A stretch of 64,000 bases of DNA from contig CAVPIW010000016.1 of NCBI GenBank assembly GCA_963705105.1, positions 1 to 64,000 of the forward strand. Direction: 5' to 3'. The DNA comes from an uncultured Nitrospiraceae bacterium (GTDB taxonomy: Bacteria; Nitrospirota; Thermodesulfovibrionia; Thermodesulfovibrionales; Dissulfurispiraceae). The notes under the pieces are model-generated. The model did not search any database. It saw only the letters and a program-made list of their open reading frames with translations, and was not told the origin of the DNA. The position numbers were made by a program, and so were the translations under genes. This document shows positions 1 to 10,623 of this stretch, in pieces (the first letter of the stretch is position 1; every line of letters begins with the position of its first letter).

Positions 1-65
1 CTCGATGCCACCCTTCAAGCCTTCATCGAACAGGAGATCAGGTACGGGCTGAAGTCCGGGACACC

Positions 66-656
66 TTGAGAGCTTCGGGCACCAGAAATCTTCTTCTTTT
101 CACGACGGTCAGCTCTGTCTGGGCCATCGTACTCGGGTTCATCGGCCCCTTCTACGTCCTCCAGGTGGAAAGGTTGAGCGGCGGGATGGAGAAGCTCGGG
201 ATCGCCTTCAGCATCACCGTTCTCGTCCAGTCGGCCACGACATACTTTGCAGGACGTTTTTCAGACAGACTGGGAAGAAAACCCTTCCTCTTTCTCACCG
301 CCTACGTTGATGCGGTCGTCCTTTTCCTGTACACGATTATTCAGGAGACCTATCAGCTCTATATCCTTCAGGCCCTCCTCGGTGTTACCAACGGCATCGT
401 CGGCACAATCACGACGTCCATCCTCGGCGACATGACGATCCGCGAAAAAAGAGGGGCGATGGTCGGAAAGTTCAACGCCGTCGTGAGCATTGCAGCAGCG
501 GCGGGGCTGGCGCTGGGCGGGTACCTTGTCAAGATTTACGGACTGCAGTATCTCTTTTATCTTGCTTCCATCGTCGTGGCGCTTTCGACGATTTTGCTTG
601 TCTTTATCCGGGAGGACTCTCTCATGACAACGGGGAGCCAACCTTCTTCCGATTAG
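66..656 (+). CDS. Short (about 6-TM, half-size) MFS transporter
   Basis: MFS motif A (GRFSDRLGRK) and hydrophobic helices; only 196 aa; TTG start uncertain. Confidence 0.75.
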   Translation: MRASGTRNLLLFTTVSSVWAIVLGFIGPFYVLQVERLSGGMEKLGIAFSITVLVQSATTYFAGRFSDRLGRKPFLFLTAYVDAVVLFLYTIIQETYQLYILQALLGVTNGIVGTITTSILGDMTIREKRGAMVGKFNAVVSIAAAAGLALGGYLVKIYGLQYLFYLASIVVALSTILLVFIREDSLMTTGSQPSSD

Positions 657-661
657 AGCCC

Positions 662-1414
662 CTATCGAAGGAGAGGGTCCGGAAGCCCCGCTGCTTCGAA
701 TCCCTTCGCCCTGAAGAGACAGCTGTCGCAGCTCCCGCAGGGCCTGCCGTCGGGCTGGGGATCATAACAGCTCCACGTTTGTCCGTAGTCGACACCGAGG
801 GCAGTCCCCTGTCGTATGATCTCGGACTTTGTGAGGTAGAGGAGCGGGGCATGAATCCTGAATTTCAGTTTTCCTTCCACGGATATCTTCGTTGCGAGAT
901 TGGCCATTTCCTCAAAGGCCTTCAGGTATTCGGGCCTGCAATCGGGATAGCCGCTGTAGTCCACGGCATTGGCGCCGATGAATATATGAGGCGCCTCCAG
1001 CACCTCCGCCCAGGCAAGGGCGCAGGAAAGAAAAATAGTATTCCGGGCCGGGACGTAGGTAACGGGGATCTGTTTCTGCATGCTGCCTTCGTGTGTGCCT
1101 GCCATGCCCGCCGTTCCGTGTTTACTGCCGTCGGCGATGATCTTCCCATCCGTGAGCCGAGTCTGATGCTTGGGCACGTTCATCTCCGACGTGAGGGCAG
1201 ACCCGCCGATCTCTCTCAGGTCAAACCCGATGACAAGGTGCCTGCTGACGCCGATGCTGTGTGCCACGTCCCTCGCCGATTCGAGTTCGCGCCGGTGTCT
1301 CTGGGCGTAATCGAAGCTGAGGGCGTAGCAGTCGTATCCTCCGTCTTTTGCAAGCGCAAGTGTCGTTGACGAATCGATGCCGCCGCTGAGAAGAACGACC
1401 GCCCTCTCCCGCAT
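662..1414 (-). CDS. queC: 7-cyano-7-deazaguanine synthase
   Basis: SGGIDS PP-loop, [18 protein letters not shown]...CGSCDSC zinc site. Confidence 0.97.
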   Translation of the reverse strand: MRERAVVLLSGGIDSSTTLALAKDGGYDCYALSFDYAQRHRRELESARDVAHSIGVSRHLVIGFDLREIGGSALTSEMNVPKHQTRLTDGKIIADGSKHGTAGMAGTHEGSMQKQIPVTYVPARNTIFLSCALAWAEVLEAPHIFIGANAVDYSGYPDCRPEYLKAFEEMANLATKISVEGKLKFRIHAPLLYLTKSEIIRQGTALGVDYGQTWSCYDPQPDGRPCGSCDSCLFRAKGFEAAGLPDPLLR

Positions 1415-1418
1415 CGGC

Positions 1419-2012
1419 CTATCTCTTCTCCCCGATCCTGCTCTCCGTTCCCTGTATGAGACGCCTGATGTTGGGAATGTGGCGCAGGAACACGAGGACC
1501 GTTATGGCCGCGGCAATGGCCATCTTTTCCCGCGAGTAGTCGATCATATAGAACGAGAAGGGGAGTAAACCGAAAGACACGAGGGCAGCCAGGGAGGAAA
1601 TGCGGCTCCACTTGACCGTCACGAGCCAGAGAGTGACCGTGAAGAGGGTGACGGGAGGGGACAAAACAGCGAGAACCCCGAGGCTCGTTGCGACCCCTTT
1701 GCCTCCCCTGAACCTGAGAAAGACCGAAAAGTTGTGGCCCAGAATGGCCGTCACGCCGGCGAGTCCTTCCAGCAGCAGTCCGGTGCCGGCGGCCCTGGCT
1801 ATAGCGACGGCAATGGCGCCTTTTGCCATGTCTCCCAGGAGGGTCAGAATCGCCGCCTCTTTGCCCAGCGCCCTCAGGACATTGGTCGCCCCGATGTTAC
1901 CGCTGCCCACGCTCCGAAGATCGACGCCCCTGCTGCGCGCTATGAGGAGGCCTGTCGGGATCGACCCGATGAAGTACGCTGCGATAAAGACGATGGCGGA
2001 AAGGATGGTCAC
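1419..2012 (-). CDS. plsY: Glycerol-3-phosphate acyltransferase
   Basis: GSGNIGATN and FRGGKGVAT motifs; real start is probably the GTG at 2012 overlapping the pgsA stop (ORF track over-extends to 2279). Confidence 0.93.
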   Translation of the reverse strand: MTILSAIVFIAAYFIGSIPTGLLIARSRGVDLRSVGSGNIGATNVLRALGKEAAILTLLGDMAKGAIAVAIARAAGTGLLLEGLAGVTAILGHNFSVFLRFRGGKGVATSLGVLAVLSPPVTLFTVTLWLVTVKWSRISSLAALVSFGLLPFSFYMIDYSREKMAIAAAITVLVFLRHIPNIRRLIQGTESRIGEKR

Positions 2013-2545
2013 TGGATCTGCCGCCAGAAGGACGTCGTATACTGCACACCGGAGACGAGGGCGAGGATCAAGGCGATATACATGAGTATGATTCCCACAT
2101 CGTAGAAATCGACGCTCCCGATGCCTCCGGGTAGGAGCAGAAGGATGATCGATGTCATCTGCGCCGCTGTCTTCAGTTTCCCGCCCTTTTCGGCTGCGAT
2201 GACGATATTCTTCGACAGCGCGACGACCCGCAATGCCGTAACAACAAATTCCCTGACGATCATGATGATGGCGATCCATGCCGAAAGCCGGACCATGTCG
2301 ACGAGGAGGATGAGGGCCGAGATGACGAGGAACTTGTCGGCGATGGGATCGAGGATGATGCCGAATTTCGTGACGTCGCCCGACCGCCTGGCGAGATACC
2401 CGTCGAGAAAGTCCGTGGCCGATGCGATGAGGAAGATGCTGATGCCGAGCAGCGGACTTTCAGGGGTGATGACGACGAAAAAAGGGATGAGGACGATCCT
2501 GCTGAAGGTGAGGATCGTGGGAAGGTTAAATTTTATGGTACTCAT
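2009..2545 (-). CDS. pgsA: CDP-diacylglycerol--glycerol-3-phosphate 3-phosphatidyltransferase
   Basis: TDFLDGYLAR...G...DPIADK CDP-alcohol phosphatidyltransferase signature. Confidence 0.95.
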   Translation of the reverse strand: MSTIKFNLPTILTFSRIVLIPFFVVITPESPLLGISIFLIASATDFLDGYLARRSGDVTKFGIILDPIADKFLVISALILLVDMVRLSAWIAIIMIVREFVVTALRVVALSKNIVIAAEKGGKLKTAAQMTSIILLLLPGGIGSVDFYDVGIILMYIALILALVSGVQYTTSFWRQIQ

Positions 2546-3077
2546 CCATCAAGTCCTCCCAGAGGCCCTGGGCCTTCAGGAGCAGCTCGCAGACCTCCCG
2601 GACGGCGCCCCGGCCTCCCCCGTTCTTCGTGACGAAGATGGCCGATCCTTTCGCTTCTTCTGTCGCATCGGCCACGGCAACGGGAAGACCGACCCTGTTC
2701 AGCAGCGACAGATCGACAATATCGTCACCGACGTATGCGACCTCCTCATTGGTCACCCCGTACTTTTCGAGCAGATGGTCATAGGCGACGGATTTGATGT
2801 GACACCGCTGATAGACCTCGGTGATGCCGAGCTCGCGGGCCCTCCGTTCCACGACTTTTGAAAACCTTCCGGTGATGATGGCGACCTTGACTCCCGCCCT
2901 GCCGACCATCTTGATTCCGTGACCGTCCCTCACGTTGAAGGCCTTCAGTTCATTGCCGTCGTCGTCGAGGATGATGCTCCCGTCGGTAAGAACGCCGTCC
3001 ACATCAAGGATGAGAAGTTTGATATTCCGTGCGATCGTAAAGAGTTCTTCTTCCTTCATTGGTTTTCTCAGGTTCAA
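2526..3077 (-). CDS. kdsC: KDO-8-phosphate phosphatase (HAD family)
   Basis: DVDGVLTDG, GDDIVD, GGRGAVRE; lies in the kds operon. Confidence 0.95.
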   Translation of the reverse strand: MNLRKPMKEEELFTIARNIKLLILDVDGVLTDGSIILDDDGNELKAFNVRDGHGIKMVGRAGVKVAIITGRFSKVVERRARELGITEVYQRCHIKSVAYDHLLEKYGVTNEEVAYVGDDIVDLSLLNRVGLPVAVADATEEAKGSAIFVTKNGGGRGAVREVCELLLKAQGLWEDLMDEYHKI

Positions 3078-4048
3078 ACGATTCCCTTTCGCAGAATTTC
3101 ATGGAGGTGGATGATGCCCCGTATCCTCCCTTCATGATCGGGGACGATGAGGGCAGTGATCGAGTGCCTCTCCATGACCGAGAGGGCCTTTGCAGCCAGT
3201 TCCTCTTCCCCGATCGTCCGCGGATTTCTCGTCATCACCTCTCCGGCCCTCATGTCGAAGAAGGACTTTCCCCATTTCTCGATCCCCCTCCTCAGGTCAC
3301 CATCGGTTATAATGCCAAGAATCTCCTGGTTGAAGCCAGTGATAACCGTAACGCCGAGCCTCTTTGACGAGATATCGACGATCGCCTGCAGCATGGGGGT
3401 TTCAGGAGCAGTGACAGGCAGGGCTTCACCGGTATGCATGAGGTCCTTCACTGTTATGAGGAGCTTTTTCCCGAGACTGCCGCCGGGGTGGAGGCAGGCA
3501 AAGTCGCCTGCCTGGAATCCACGTTTCATGAGGAGAGCGACTGCAAGGGCATCGCCCATTGCCATCGCGGCGGCAGTTGACGCCGTCGGCACGATGCCGA
3601 GGGGACAGGCCTCCTCTCTCACCGAGACGTCGATGGTGATGTCCGCGGCCCTGGAAAGTGTTGAATCATGATTCCCCGTCAGGGAAATAATGCCCACGTT
3701 GAACCTCTTGAGATAGGGAAGGAGCTGGATGAGTTCGTCGGTCTCGCCGCTGTTTGAGATGGCGATGATGACATCCTCGGGCGTGACCATACCAAGGTCA
3801 CCATGGCCTGCCTCTGCAGGGTGGAGGAAGAAGGCGGGCGTCCCCGTGGAGGCGAGGGTTGCGGCGATCTTCTTTCCGATGAGGCCGGACTTTCCCATGC
3901 CGGTGACGACGACCCGTCCACGGCTGCTGTACAGCATATCGACGGCGCGGTCGAAATCTCTCCCAAGCCTTTCCGTCAGCGCGAGAACGGCTTCAGCCTC
4001 CGCCCGGAGCACTCTCTTCGCTATCTCGATGACCGTTTCCGCAGTCAT
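3074..4048 (-). CDS. kdsD: Arabinose-5-phosphate isomerase (KpsF/GutQ, SIS + CBS domains)
   Basis: GMGKSG, EAGHGDLG, HPGGSLG, C-terminal CBS pair. Confidence 0.96.
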   Translation of the reverse strand: MTAETVIEIAKRVLRAEAEAVLALTERLGRDFDRAVDMLYSSRGRVVVTGMGKSGLIGKKIAATLASTGTPAFFLHPAEAGHGDLGMVTPEDVIIAISNSGETDELIQLLPYLKRFNVGIISLTGNHDSTLSRAADITIDVSVREEACPLGIVPTASTAAAMAMGDALAVALLMKRGFQAGDFACLHPGGSLGKKLLITVKDLMHTGEALPVTAPETPMLQAIVDISSKRLGVTVITGFNQEILGIITDGDLRRGIEKWGKSFFDMRAGEVMTRNPRTIGEEELAAKALSVMERHSITALIVPDHEGRIRGIIHLHEILRKGIV

Positions 4049-4061
4049 GCTTCCCTATTCC

Positions 4062-4901
4062 TCATTCATTACCCGCAGAGCAGAGTTCATGAATCGTCTT
4101 GATGGTCGACAGCAGGCCCCTCACCTCGCCGAGGGGGATCATATTCGGTCCGTCGCAGAGAGCCTTGTCCGGTTCCGGGTGGACCTCCATGAAAAGCCCG
4201 TCCACACCGACGGCAACGGCGGCCCGCGCGAGGGGGCCGGCGAACTCGCGCTGCCCGCCTGAGCAGTGCCCCTGTCCCCCCGGAAGCTGCAGGCTGTGGG
4301 TCACGTCGAAGACGACGGGATACCCGAAAGAGCGCATGACCGGCAGGCCCCTGAAGTCGACGACCAGGTTGTTGTATCCGAAGGACGTGCCCCTCTCCGT
4401 AATGATCAGCTTTTTATTGCCCGTCGATATGAATTTATCGATGATGTTCCTGACGTCCCAGGGCGAGAGGAACTGGCCTTTCTTGACGTTGACGGCCCTG
4501 CCCGTCTCGGCCGCAGCGAGAACGATGTCCGTCTGGCGGCAGAGAAAGGCCGGGATCTGGAGGACGTCGAGAACTTCTGATGCCTGCCAGACCTCATCGA
4601 CGGAGTGCACATCGGAAAGCACGGGCACGCCGAACTTCCGCCGCAGCTCGCTCAGGATGGCGAGCCCCTTTTCAATACCTGGGCCTCGGTAGGAATTCAG
4701 TGACGTGCGGTTCGCCTTGTCGTAGGAGCTTTTGAAGATGAGGGAGAGCCCGAGGGAGCGGCAGATATCGAGCAGCCCCGCCGCCACGGAGAACGTGATG
4801 TCTTCGCTTTCGATCACGCAAGGACCGGCGATGACGGCGAGAGGATTGCCGGGACCAAGGGCGACGGTATTGACGGGCACAGGTTTCATGGCAGGATTCA
4901 C
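4062..4901 (-). CDS. kdsA: KDO-8-phosphate synthase
   Basis: AGPCVIES, DKANRTS, QIPAFLCRQT, ERGTSFGY; start may be 4889. Confidence 0.97.
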   Translation of the reverse strand: MNPAMKPVPVNTVALGPGNPLAVIAGPCVIESEDITFSVAAGLLDICRSLGLSLIFKSSYDKANRTSLNSYRGPGIEKGLAILSELRRKFGVPVLSDVHSVDEVWQASEVLDVLQIPAFLCRQTDIVLAAAETGRAVNVKKGQFLSPWDVRNIIDKFISTGNKKLIITERGTSFGYNNLVVDFRGLPVMRSFGYPVVFDVTHSLQLPGGQGHCSGGQREFAGPLARAAVAVGVDGLFMEVHPEPDKALCDGPNMIPLGEVRGLLSTIKTIHELCSAGNE

Positions 4902-4923
4902 CGGTTATTATACCATCAAAAGT

Positions 4924-5862
4924 TCAGGCGGTGTGCTGTGACGGGTCGCCTTCCCCGTGAAGGAGGTCCTTCAGCCTCAACGCGTTCTTGATCGCCGACG
5001 CGCCGTGGCAGTTGTTGAACATGGCATAAACCACGCTGACTTTCTCCCCGATGCCGCGCAGCGGAGGGAGGAATTGCCGCAACTCGCCGTCGGAATAGGA
5101 ATAGTCATACCTCAAAGACGTTTCGATGCCCTTCCTCAGCCAGTGCTGACGGTTGCGGCCGTGAAAGCGGAAATAGGCAGTGTCGGATGTCGCAGAGGGG
5201 AGAAAGGGGACCGTGGCGAGTGTGCCGTACTGGGGTTCATCGGCCGTGACGTAAGTCATACCGAGGTCCCGCAGAAATGCGAAAACGGACGCCGACCTCT
5301 GCGGCGTCAACCAGCTCCCGTGCCTGAACTCGACGGCTACAGAGAATTCCCCGAAGAGGGATCGGCATCGCCTGATCTCGTCGAGGGCCGCCTGCCGGTA
5401 CGTCAACCAGGGGGGGAACTGAAAGACGAGCAGCCCCAGTTTCCCCGTCCGGACAAGGGGAAGGAGCGCAAGCCTGAACCGGTGCGCGATCTCGCCGAGG
5501 AGGCCGGGGTCTTTGACATAGACGTACTTCCTCTCTCCGGTCCCACTCCCCCTCAGGGTCCTCAGATCGGCAGGAAGGGAACGGGGGTCCACGCCGTGAC
5601 CGGTCAATGCACCGTATGCCTTTATGTGGAAGATGAAGTTGTCGGGAGTCCTCGATGCCCAGAGGGAGACGGTCCTCTCGTCGGGGATCGCATAATATGA
5701 AGAGTCGACCTCCACCGTATCAAAGCGGCCGGCATAGAAGCGCAGCCGTCCCTCGGCCGTCCGAACCTCCGCGGGATAGAATTCGCCGCTCCCGATGAGG
5801 GTCTTTTCCGTCCATGAGCATGTGCCTGTCCGTACCATTGCCATATCGTCGTCGTCAGTCAT
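4924..5862 (-). CDS. DUF72 family protein
   Basis: VEVDSSYY, QFPP, AVEFRH, YFRFHGR, FNN motifs. Confidence 0.9.
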   Translation of the reverse strand: MTDDDDMAMVRTGTCSWTEKTLIGSGEFYPAEVRTAEGRLRFYAGRFDTVEVDSSYYAIPDERTVSLWASRTPDNFIFHIKAYGALTGHGVDPRSLPADLRTLRGSGTGERKYVYVKDPGLLGEIAHRFRLALLPLVRTGKLGLLVFQFPPWLTYRQAALDEIRRCRSLFGEFSVAVEFRHGSWLTPQRSASVFAFLRDLGMTYVTADEPQYGTLATVPFLPSATSDTAYFRFHGRNRQHWLRKGIETSLRYDYSYSDGELRQFLPPLRGIGEKVSVVYAMFNNCHGASAIKNALRLKDLLHGEGDPSQHTA

Positions 5863-6145
5863 GCTCGTGCGTGAATGCGCAAATGTTCGTCCTACTCCGT
5901 CACTGACAGTTTATCATTTCGTTTTGTTGGCGTCCAGGAGGGAAAGAATGGATAAGGGGGGGTTGCGGAAAAAGCAGATTCGTTATATATTGAAAGAGAA
6001 GAGCGGATAATTACAATTTTGTCATGATGTTATAGTGATGACTATTCACAAGACGTCCCTGTGACGGGAGGTGATGGACGGAAGGCGGGCTTTTTTGGAA
6101 ATACGGCTTTTTTGTATGCACCCCATACAAAGTAAGGAGGCAAGT

Positions 6146-7681
6146 ATGAAGAAGAGTATTTTGATCGCATGCTCACTATGCTTCATCGTGGTCGCTTTTG
6201 CACAGGCGCAGGTGCCGCCGCCGCAGATGGTGTCGCTCCTGAACGCTTTCAACGACCTGTACGGAACGTCGGCGACCCCTGTCGGCCAATGCAGCCCCTG
6301 CCACTCCAATCCGGCGGTGGGGCAGCTCAATGGGTATGGTTCCGACTTCATTGCATTGGGCGGTCAGGGATTTCAGGAGACACTCCTCAAAACCGTTCCG
6401 CAATCGTGAGGATTCAGAACATCGACTCGGACGGTGACGGCTTCTCGAACATCGGAGAAATCAACGCGAGGACCCTCCCCGGCGATGGGACGAGCGTGCC
6501 GAATCAAGCCGCAGGCATCCCTGTGCCTGTTTCCGGTCAGATGATTGTTTTCTTCGAACCGATATCCATTCCTCTGGCTGATACGGATCCTGCCCAGGCA
6601 AAGCCCGTCGGCATCGGTACCGCCGCCATCGGGGGCGATACCTTTACGCTTAACATGAATCTCGAAGCCTTTGCCGGTCCTGTCGATCTGTACGTCGCTC
6701 TTGCCGTTCCTCCCTCGGTATCGTCAGACATATTGCTCCTGACACCGACGGGCGTACAACCTATATCAGCAGGATTCACTCCGCTCGTGTCGAACCAGTC
6801 GGCAGAATTCTTGCTGCCTTTCCCGAGCTTTGACATTGAAGTCCTGCCGGCGGGCAGCTATGTTGTTGTCGTTGCGGCAACGCCGCCGGGGGCAGGGAAC
6901 CTGGACAGTTCGTACATTTGGGTGACGGCGTTCAATATCAGTCATGAAGTGACGATTACGACGACGCTGAGCGGCAGCCAGGTTGTGCCTCCTGTTACCA
7001 CCGCAGGCACGGGAACGGCAACCCTGACGGTCAATACCGCAACGGGCGCCGTCGGAGGATCACTCACCTTTTCGGGTCTCAACAGTAACGCCCTGGTTGC
7101 CCATATTCACCAGGGAGCGGCTGGCACGAACGGCCCCGTCATCCTTGATCTGACCGGCGGAGCAGGGGCGACGTCGGGCACGTGGACCATCCCGGTCGGT
7201 TCGACACTCACACCGGACCGTATCGACGCCCTGAAGAACAACGGGCTCTATTACCAGGTCCACAGTCAGTCGAATCCCTCAGGAGAACTGCGCGGTCAGA
7301 TCCTTAATCCCGTCATAACGATCACGACAACCCTCAGCGGCAGTCAGGTCGTACCGTCTGTCACAACGTCAGGGACAGGGACGGCGAATGTCACCTTCAA
7401 CACGATAACAGGGGCGATTGCCGGGGCCATCACCTTTTCCGGTCTTACGGGGAACTCTCTGCTTTGCCACATTCACCAGGGAGCGGCGGGAGCGAACGGA
7501 CCCGTCATCGTCGACCTCGAAGGAGGAGCGGGAGCGACGTCAGGCATCTGGTTCTTCCCACCAAGCGCGACACTGTTGCCGGCAGAGATCGATGCCCTGA
7601 GGAATGACGGGCTGTACTATCAGCTCCACTCGACGACATCCCCGGGCGGAGAACTGCGCGGACAGGTAGCTATTCCCGTAA
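6146..7681 (+). CDS. Secreted monoheme c-type cytochrome with DxDxDG motif and two CHRD domains; frameshifted in this sequence
   Basis: AAGGAGG RBS, signal peptide and CSPCH in frame 6146-6409; continues in the -1 frame (DSDGDGFSNIGEINARTLPG, then two CHRD repeats HIHQG...GELRGQ); probable true stop TAA 7679-7681 after a second indel. Confidence 0.75.
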
Positions 7682-7752
7682 GATTCGACGGCAGGGGTCG
7701 CCCGGACCATGATCGTTCTTCCGGGAAATTCGGTGGTTATTTCCACCAAATG

Positions 7753-7787
7753 AAAAAGGCAGGGGATGGAGCCATCCCCTGCCTTTT
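7753..7787. terminator. Bidirectional intrinsic terminator between convergent genes
   Basis: AAAAAGGCAGGGGATGG-AG-CCATCCCCTGCCTTTT hairpin with A and T tails. Confidence 0.85.
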
Positions 7788-7823
7788 ATAATGCAACGTT
7801 GTTAGATTCGTGAAAAGCCGTCG

Positions 7824-8720
7824 CTAATTCACACCCCTTCCGCTCAGGGCGATCGACCTGACCGGCGTGTCGGGGTCGTTCGACGTCAACCGCATCGTCG
7901 CCGTCTTTGTCCCTTCCGATGTGGGGGTGAAAGTCACCCTGAGGGAGTATGTCGCCCCGGGAGCGACAGAGAAGGTTCTGACTGCCGCTCTGAACATGCT
8001 CGCATGTGTCCCCGCCATCTCGATCCTGCTCACGGTGAGGGTTGCGTTCCCCCTGTTGGTGATCGTGATTGACCGCGTCTTCGAGACACCGACTTCCTCG
8101 TCGCCGAAGCTGTAGGACGAGGGCGTCGAGATGTCAGGCGTCCCCGATGTCGATGCCACGTTGAAGGTCGCCTGGACAGAGACGTTCGATCCCACCATTA
8201 CCGTGCAGACGCCCGTTCCCGAGCATCCGCCCCCAGACCACCCGGCAAAGACGGACCCCGATGAAGCCGAGGCTGTCAATGTCACGGATGTCCCCGATGA
8301 GTAGGACTGGGAGCAGTCGGAGCCGCAGCTGATCCCTTCCGGTGCGCTCGTCACCGTGCCGGAACCGCTGCCGGCCTTCGTCACCGTCATCGTATAGACG
8401 GCGGACTCCGGCGCTGAACCGTCCGCTTCGCCGGGGAATGTTCCGGCCGTGATTTCCTGGATGTTCGTTCTGCCGTCTCCGTCGGAATCGAGGCCCTCTA
8501 TGGCCGCAAAGTTGCGGGATGCGGTCCTGAATGCCGTGCCGTAAGAATTCAGCGCCGGGATGATCGTGTGGCAGAGACGGCAGGTGTCGATTGTGCTGCC
8601 CGCCACTCCGTAGCGGTTTTGAAACTGGGGCATGTACGTGCCTATGGCAAAGGCGGTTCCGCTCAGAGCGACGAGCAGTATTGCTGCTATGATAATCCTG
8701 ATTGTCGCTTTCCTTTTCAT
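7824..8720 (-). CDS. Secreted monoheme c-type cytochrome with DxDxDG motif, InlB-B-type repeat and C-terminal Ig-like (ASH/choice-of-anchor D-like) domain
   Basis: Signal peptide, CRLCH, DSDGDGRTNIQEITAGTFPG, GSGTVTSAPEGISCG...FAGWSGG, F..T..G.K...L.SND; ATG at 8720 overlaps the hydrogenase stop (ATGA). Confidence 0.8.
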   Translation of the reverse strand: MKRKATIRIIIAAILLVALSGTAFAIGTYMPQFQNRYGVAGSTIDTCRLCHTIIPALNSYGTAFRTASRNFAAIEGLDSDGDGRTNIQEITAGTFPGEADGSAPESAVYTMTVTKAGSGSGTVTSAPEGISCGSDCSQSYSSGTSVTLTASASSGSVFAGWSGGGCSGTGVCTVMVGSNVSVQATFNVASTSGTPDISTPSSYSFGDEEVGVSKTRSITITNRGNATLTVSRIEMAGTHASMFRAAVRTFSVAPGATYSLRVTFTPTSEGTKTATMRLTSNDPDTPVRSIALSGRGVN

Positions 8721-10360
8721 GCTTCCCTCCCCGGATGTGTCGCCACTCTGATGGCGCCTCTTTCTCTGAGATCCACGACGTGGACGGCGCAGGCAATGCA
8801 CGGATCATAGGAGTGGATGGTTCTCAGTATCTCGACCGGTCTGGCACTGTCTGCCGTCGGCGTGTTGACGAGGGCCTGCTCCACCGGTCCCGGTTTGTTT
8901 GCGCTGCAGCGGGGTCCGAAATTCCATGTCGACGGGATGACCATCTGGTAGTTCGAGATCATGCCGCTGCCGATGGTGATCCAGTGGCCCAGTGCTCCCC
9001 TCGGTGCTTCGGTGAGAGAATAGCCGCTTCCGTTCAGCGGGACAACCGCGCTGTTGGCGATCCTCGTGTCGCCGCCGACGTTCCCTTCCAGTTCAGAGAT
9101 CCAGGGACCCATGGCGTCACACATGACCTGCGTTTCCAGCGCCCTTGCCGCCGTACGTCCCAACGTCGAGAACATCTGGGCAGTGCTGAGGCCGAGGGTA
9201 GACAGAAAGGCATCAACGGCCGTGCGCGTCTGCTGCTGACCCCTGCCATAGGCGACCATAACACGGGCAAGGGGACCGACCTCCATGGGATCGCCGTTAT
9301 ACCTCGGGGCCTTGAGCCAGCTGTAGCGGGTGTTCACGTCGAGGCCCGTATAGACCGGCTGTGTCACACCGCCGGAGGGATGCAACGCCGTGCTGCCCTG
9401 ATACCAGCTGTGCGCCACGTGTTCGGTGATGACATTGGTGTCGACTGCCGCTACATGCGCATAGTCCCTGTTGAATATGGCGCCTCGGGGGAAGAAGAGC
9501 GTGTCGGGCTCAATTGTTCCCTGAGGAAACTCCCCGAAAGTGAGCAGGTTTGGAAATCCACCAATGGCCGCCCACTCGGGATAGTAGCTTGCCAGCAGGT
9601 AGAGGTCTGGAATGTAGATCGTGTCGACGAACTGCTTCGTCTCCTGCCAGAGCGTCCTGAAGTGGGTGAGCCTGCTTCGCGTGATATCCTGATAGCATGT
9701 GACCCCGCCGATGATCATACCGTGGGGGTGGGGGTTTTTGCCGCCGAATATGGCGTGCATCCTCGCTGTTCTGTTCTGCTGCCCCAGTGCTTCGAGGTAA
9801 TGCGCCATGAACAGGAGATTCGCCTCGGGAGGGAGCTTGTATGCCGGGTGTCCCCAGTAGCCGTTGGCGAAGGGGCCGAGCTGGCCGCCGCCGGCGAAGG
9901 CCTGAAGACGCGCCTTGACGGCGCTGAAATCGATGGGCTTTGCGTTCGGCGAGAGGTCCGCCGCAAGAGCGGCCGTGCGCGCGGGGTCTGCCGACAGGGC
10001 GCTCACCACATCCACCCAATCAAGGGCGTGGAGTTGATAAAAATGAATGACGTGATCCTGCACATGCTGGGTCGCCATGAGCAGGTTCCTGATGATGCGC
10101 GCATTCTTCGGCAGGGTGACGTTCGCGGCATTTTCCACGGCTTTGACCGAGCCTGCGGCATGGACATAGGTGCAGACGCCACAGAGACGCTGTGTATAGA
10201 GCCATGCTTCCCTCGGGTCCCTTCCCCTGAGTATCGTCTCGATCCCTCTGAAAAGGGTCCCCGTGCTCCATGCCCCGGTCACCGCGCCGTTGACAACCTC
10301 CGTTTCCATCCTCAGGTGACCCTCTATCCTCGTAACTGGATCTATTGTTATTCGTGCCAT
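8717..10360 (-). CDS. Group 1 [NiFe]-hydrogenase large subunit
   Basis: DPVTRIEGH, L1 RLCGVC, L2 DPCIACAVH followed by a cleavable C-terminal extension; the L2 Cys codons are TGC, so not NiFeSe. Confidence 0.97.
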   Translation of the reverse strand: MARITIDPVTRIEGHLRMETEVVNGAVTGAWSTGTLFRGIETILRGRDPREAWLYTQRLCGVCTYVHAAGSVKAVENAANVTLPKNARIIRNLLMATQHVQDHVIHFYQLHALDWVDVVSALSADPARTAALAADLSPNAKPIDFSAVKARLQAFAGGGQLGPFANGYWGHPAYKLPPEANLLFMAHYLEALGQQNRTARMHAIFGGKNPHPHGMIIGGVTCYQDITRSRLTHFRTLWQETKQFVDTIYIPDLYLLASYYPEWAAIGGFPNLLTFGEFPQGTIEPDTLFFPRGAIFNRDYAHVAAVDTNVITEHVAHSWYQGSTALHPSGGVTQPVYTGLDVNTRYSWLKAPRYNGDPMEVGPLARVMVAYGRGQQQTRTAVDAFLSTLGLSTAQMFSTLGRTAARALETQVMCDAMGPWISELEGNVGGDTRIANSAVVPLNGSGYSLTEAPRGALGHWITIGSGMISNYQMVIPSTWNFGPRCSANKPGPVEQALVNTPTADSARPVEILRTIHSYDPCIACAVHVVDLRERGAIRVATHPGREA

Positions 10361-10424
10361 GTATTCCTCCTTATCTGTGTGATGAATCGCAGCTTATATG
10401 CGTGCTTTACCTTGTTGTTGCATT

Positions 10425-10597
10425 GAAAGGCGGGGAGAAGCGCCTCAAAGCCTTGCTGAAGGCGACGATGAGCCTCGTCAGGTTTGTCTTTCGGGATTCC
10501 GCTCTTTATGTGATCGAACATAGTCTTAAAAGGTCGTCTTCTGTGAGGGTTACGGAGTCGCCGCAGCAAGGTTTTCGGCGCATACGCCCCGCCTTTC
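10425..10597 (+). repeat. Intergenic ~170-bp repeated element, copy 1
   Basis: Terminal inverted repeat GAAAGGCGGGG...CCCCGCCTTTC; 3' half similar to 35690-35847. Confidence 0.75.
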
Positions 10598-10623
10598 CCG
10601 GGAGTGTATTGCAACGATAAGGT

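Noticed and set aside
6100..6120. Sigma54 promoter upstream of the cytochrome-CHRD gene
   Set aside because: GG-to-GC spacing is 11 nt rather than the required 10
6361..6380. Programmed -1 frameshift in the cytochrome-CHRD gene
   Set aside because: No canonical X-XXY-YYZ slippery heptamer; a simple indel explains it
8780..8810. Selenocysteine in the hydrogenase large subunit
   Set aside because: The L2 motif DPCIAC uses TGC codons
8702..10426. 574-aa plus-strand ORF, and similar long antisense ORFs over kds, acrB, the subtilase, argH and fusA
   Set aside because: Shadow frames of well-supported genes in high-GC DNA, with no recognisable motifs
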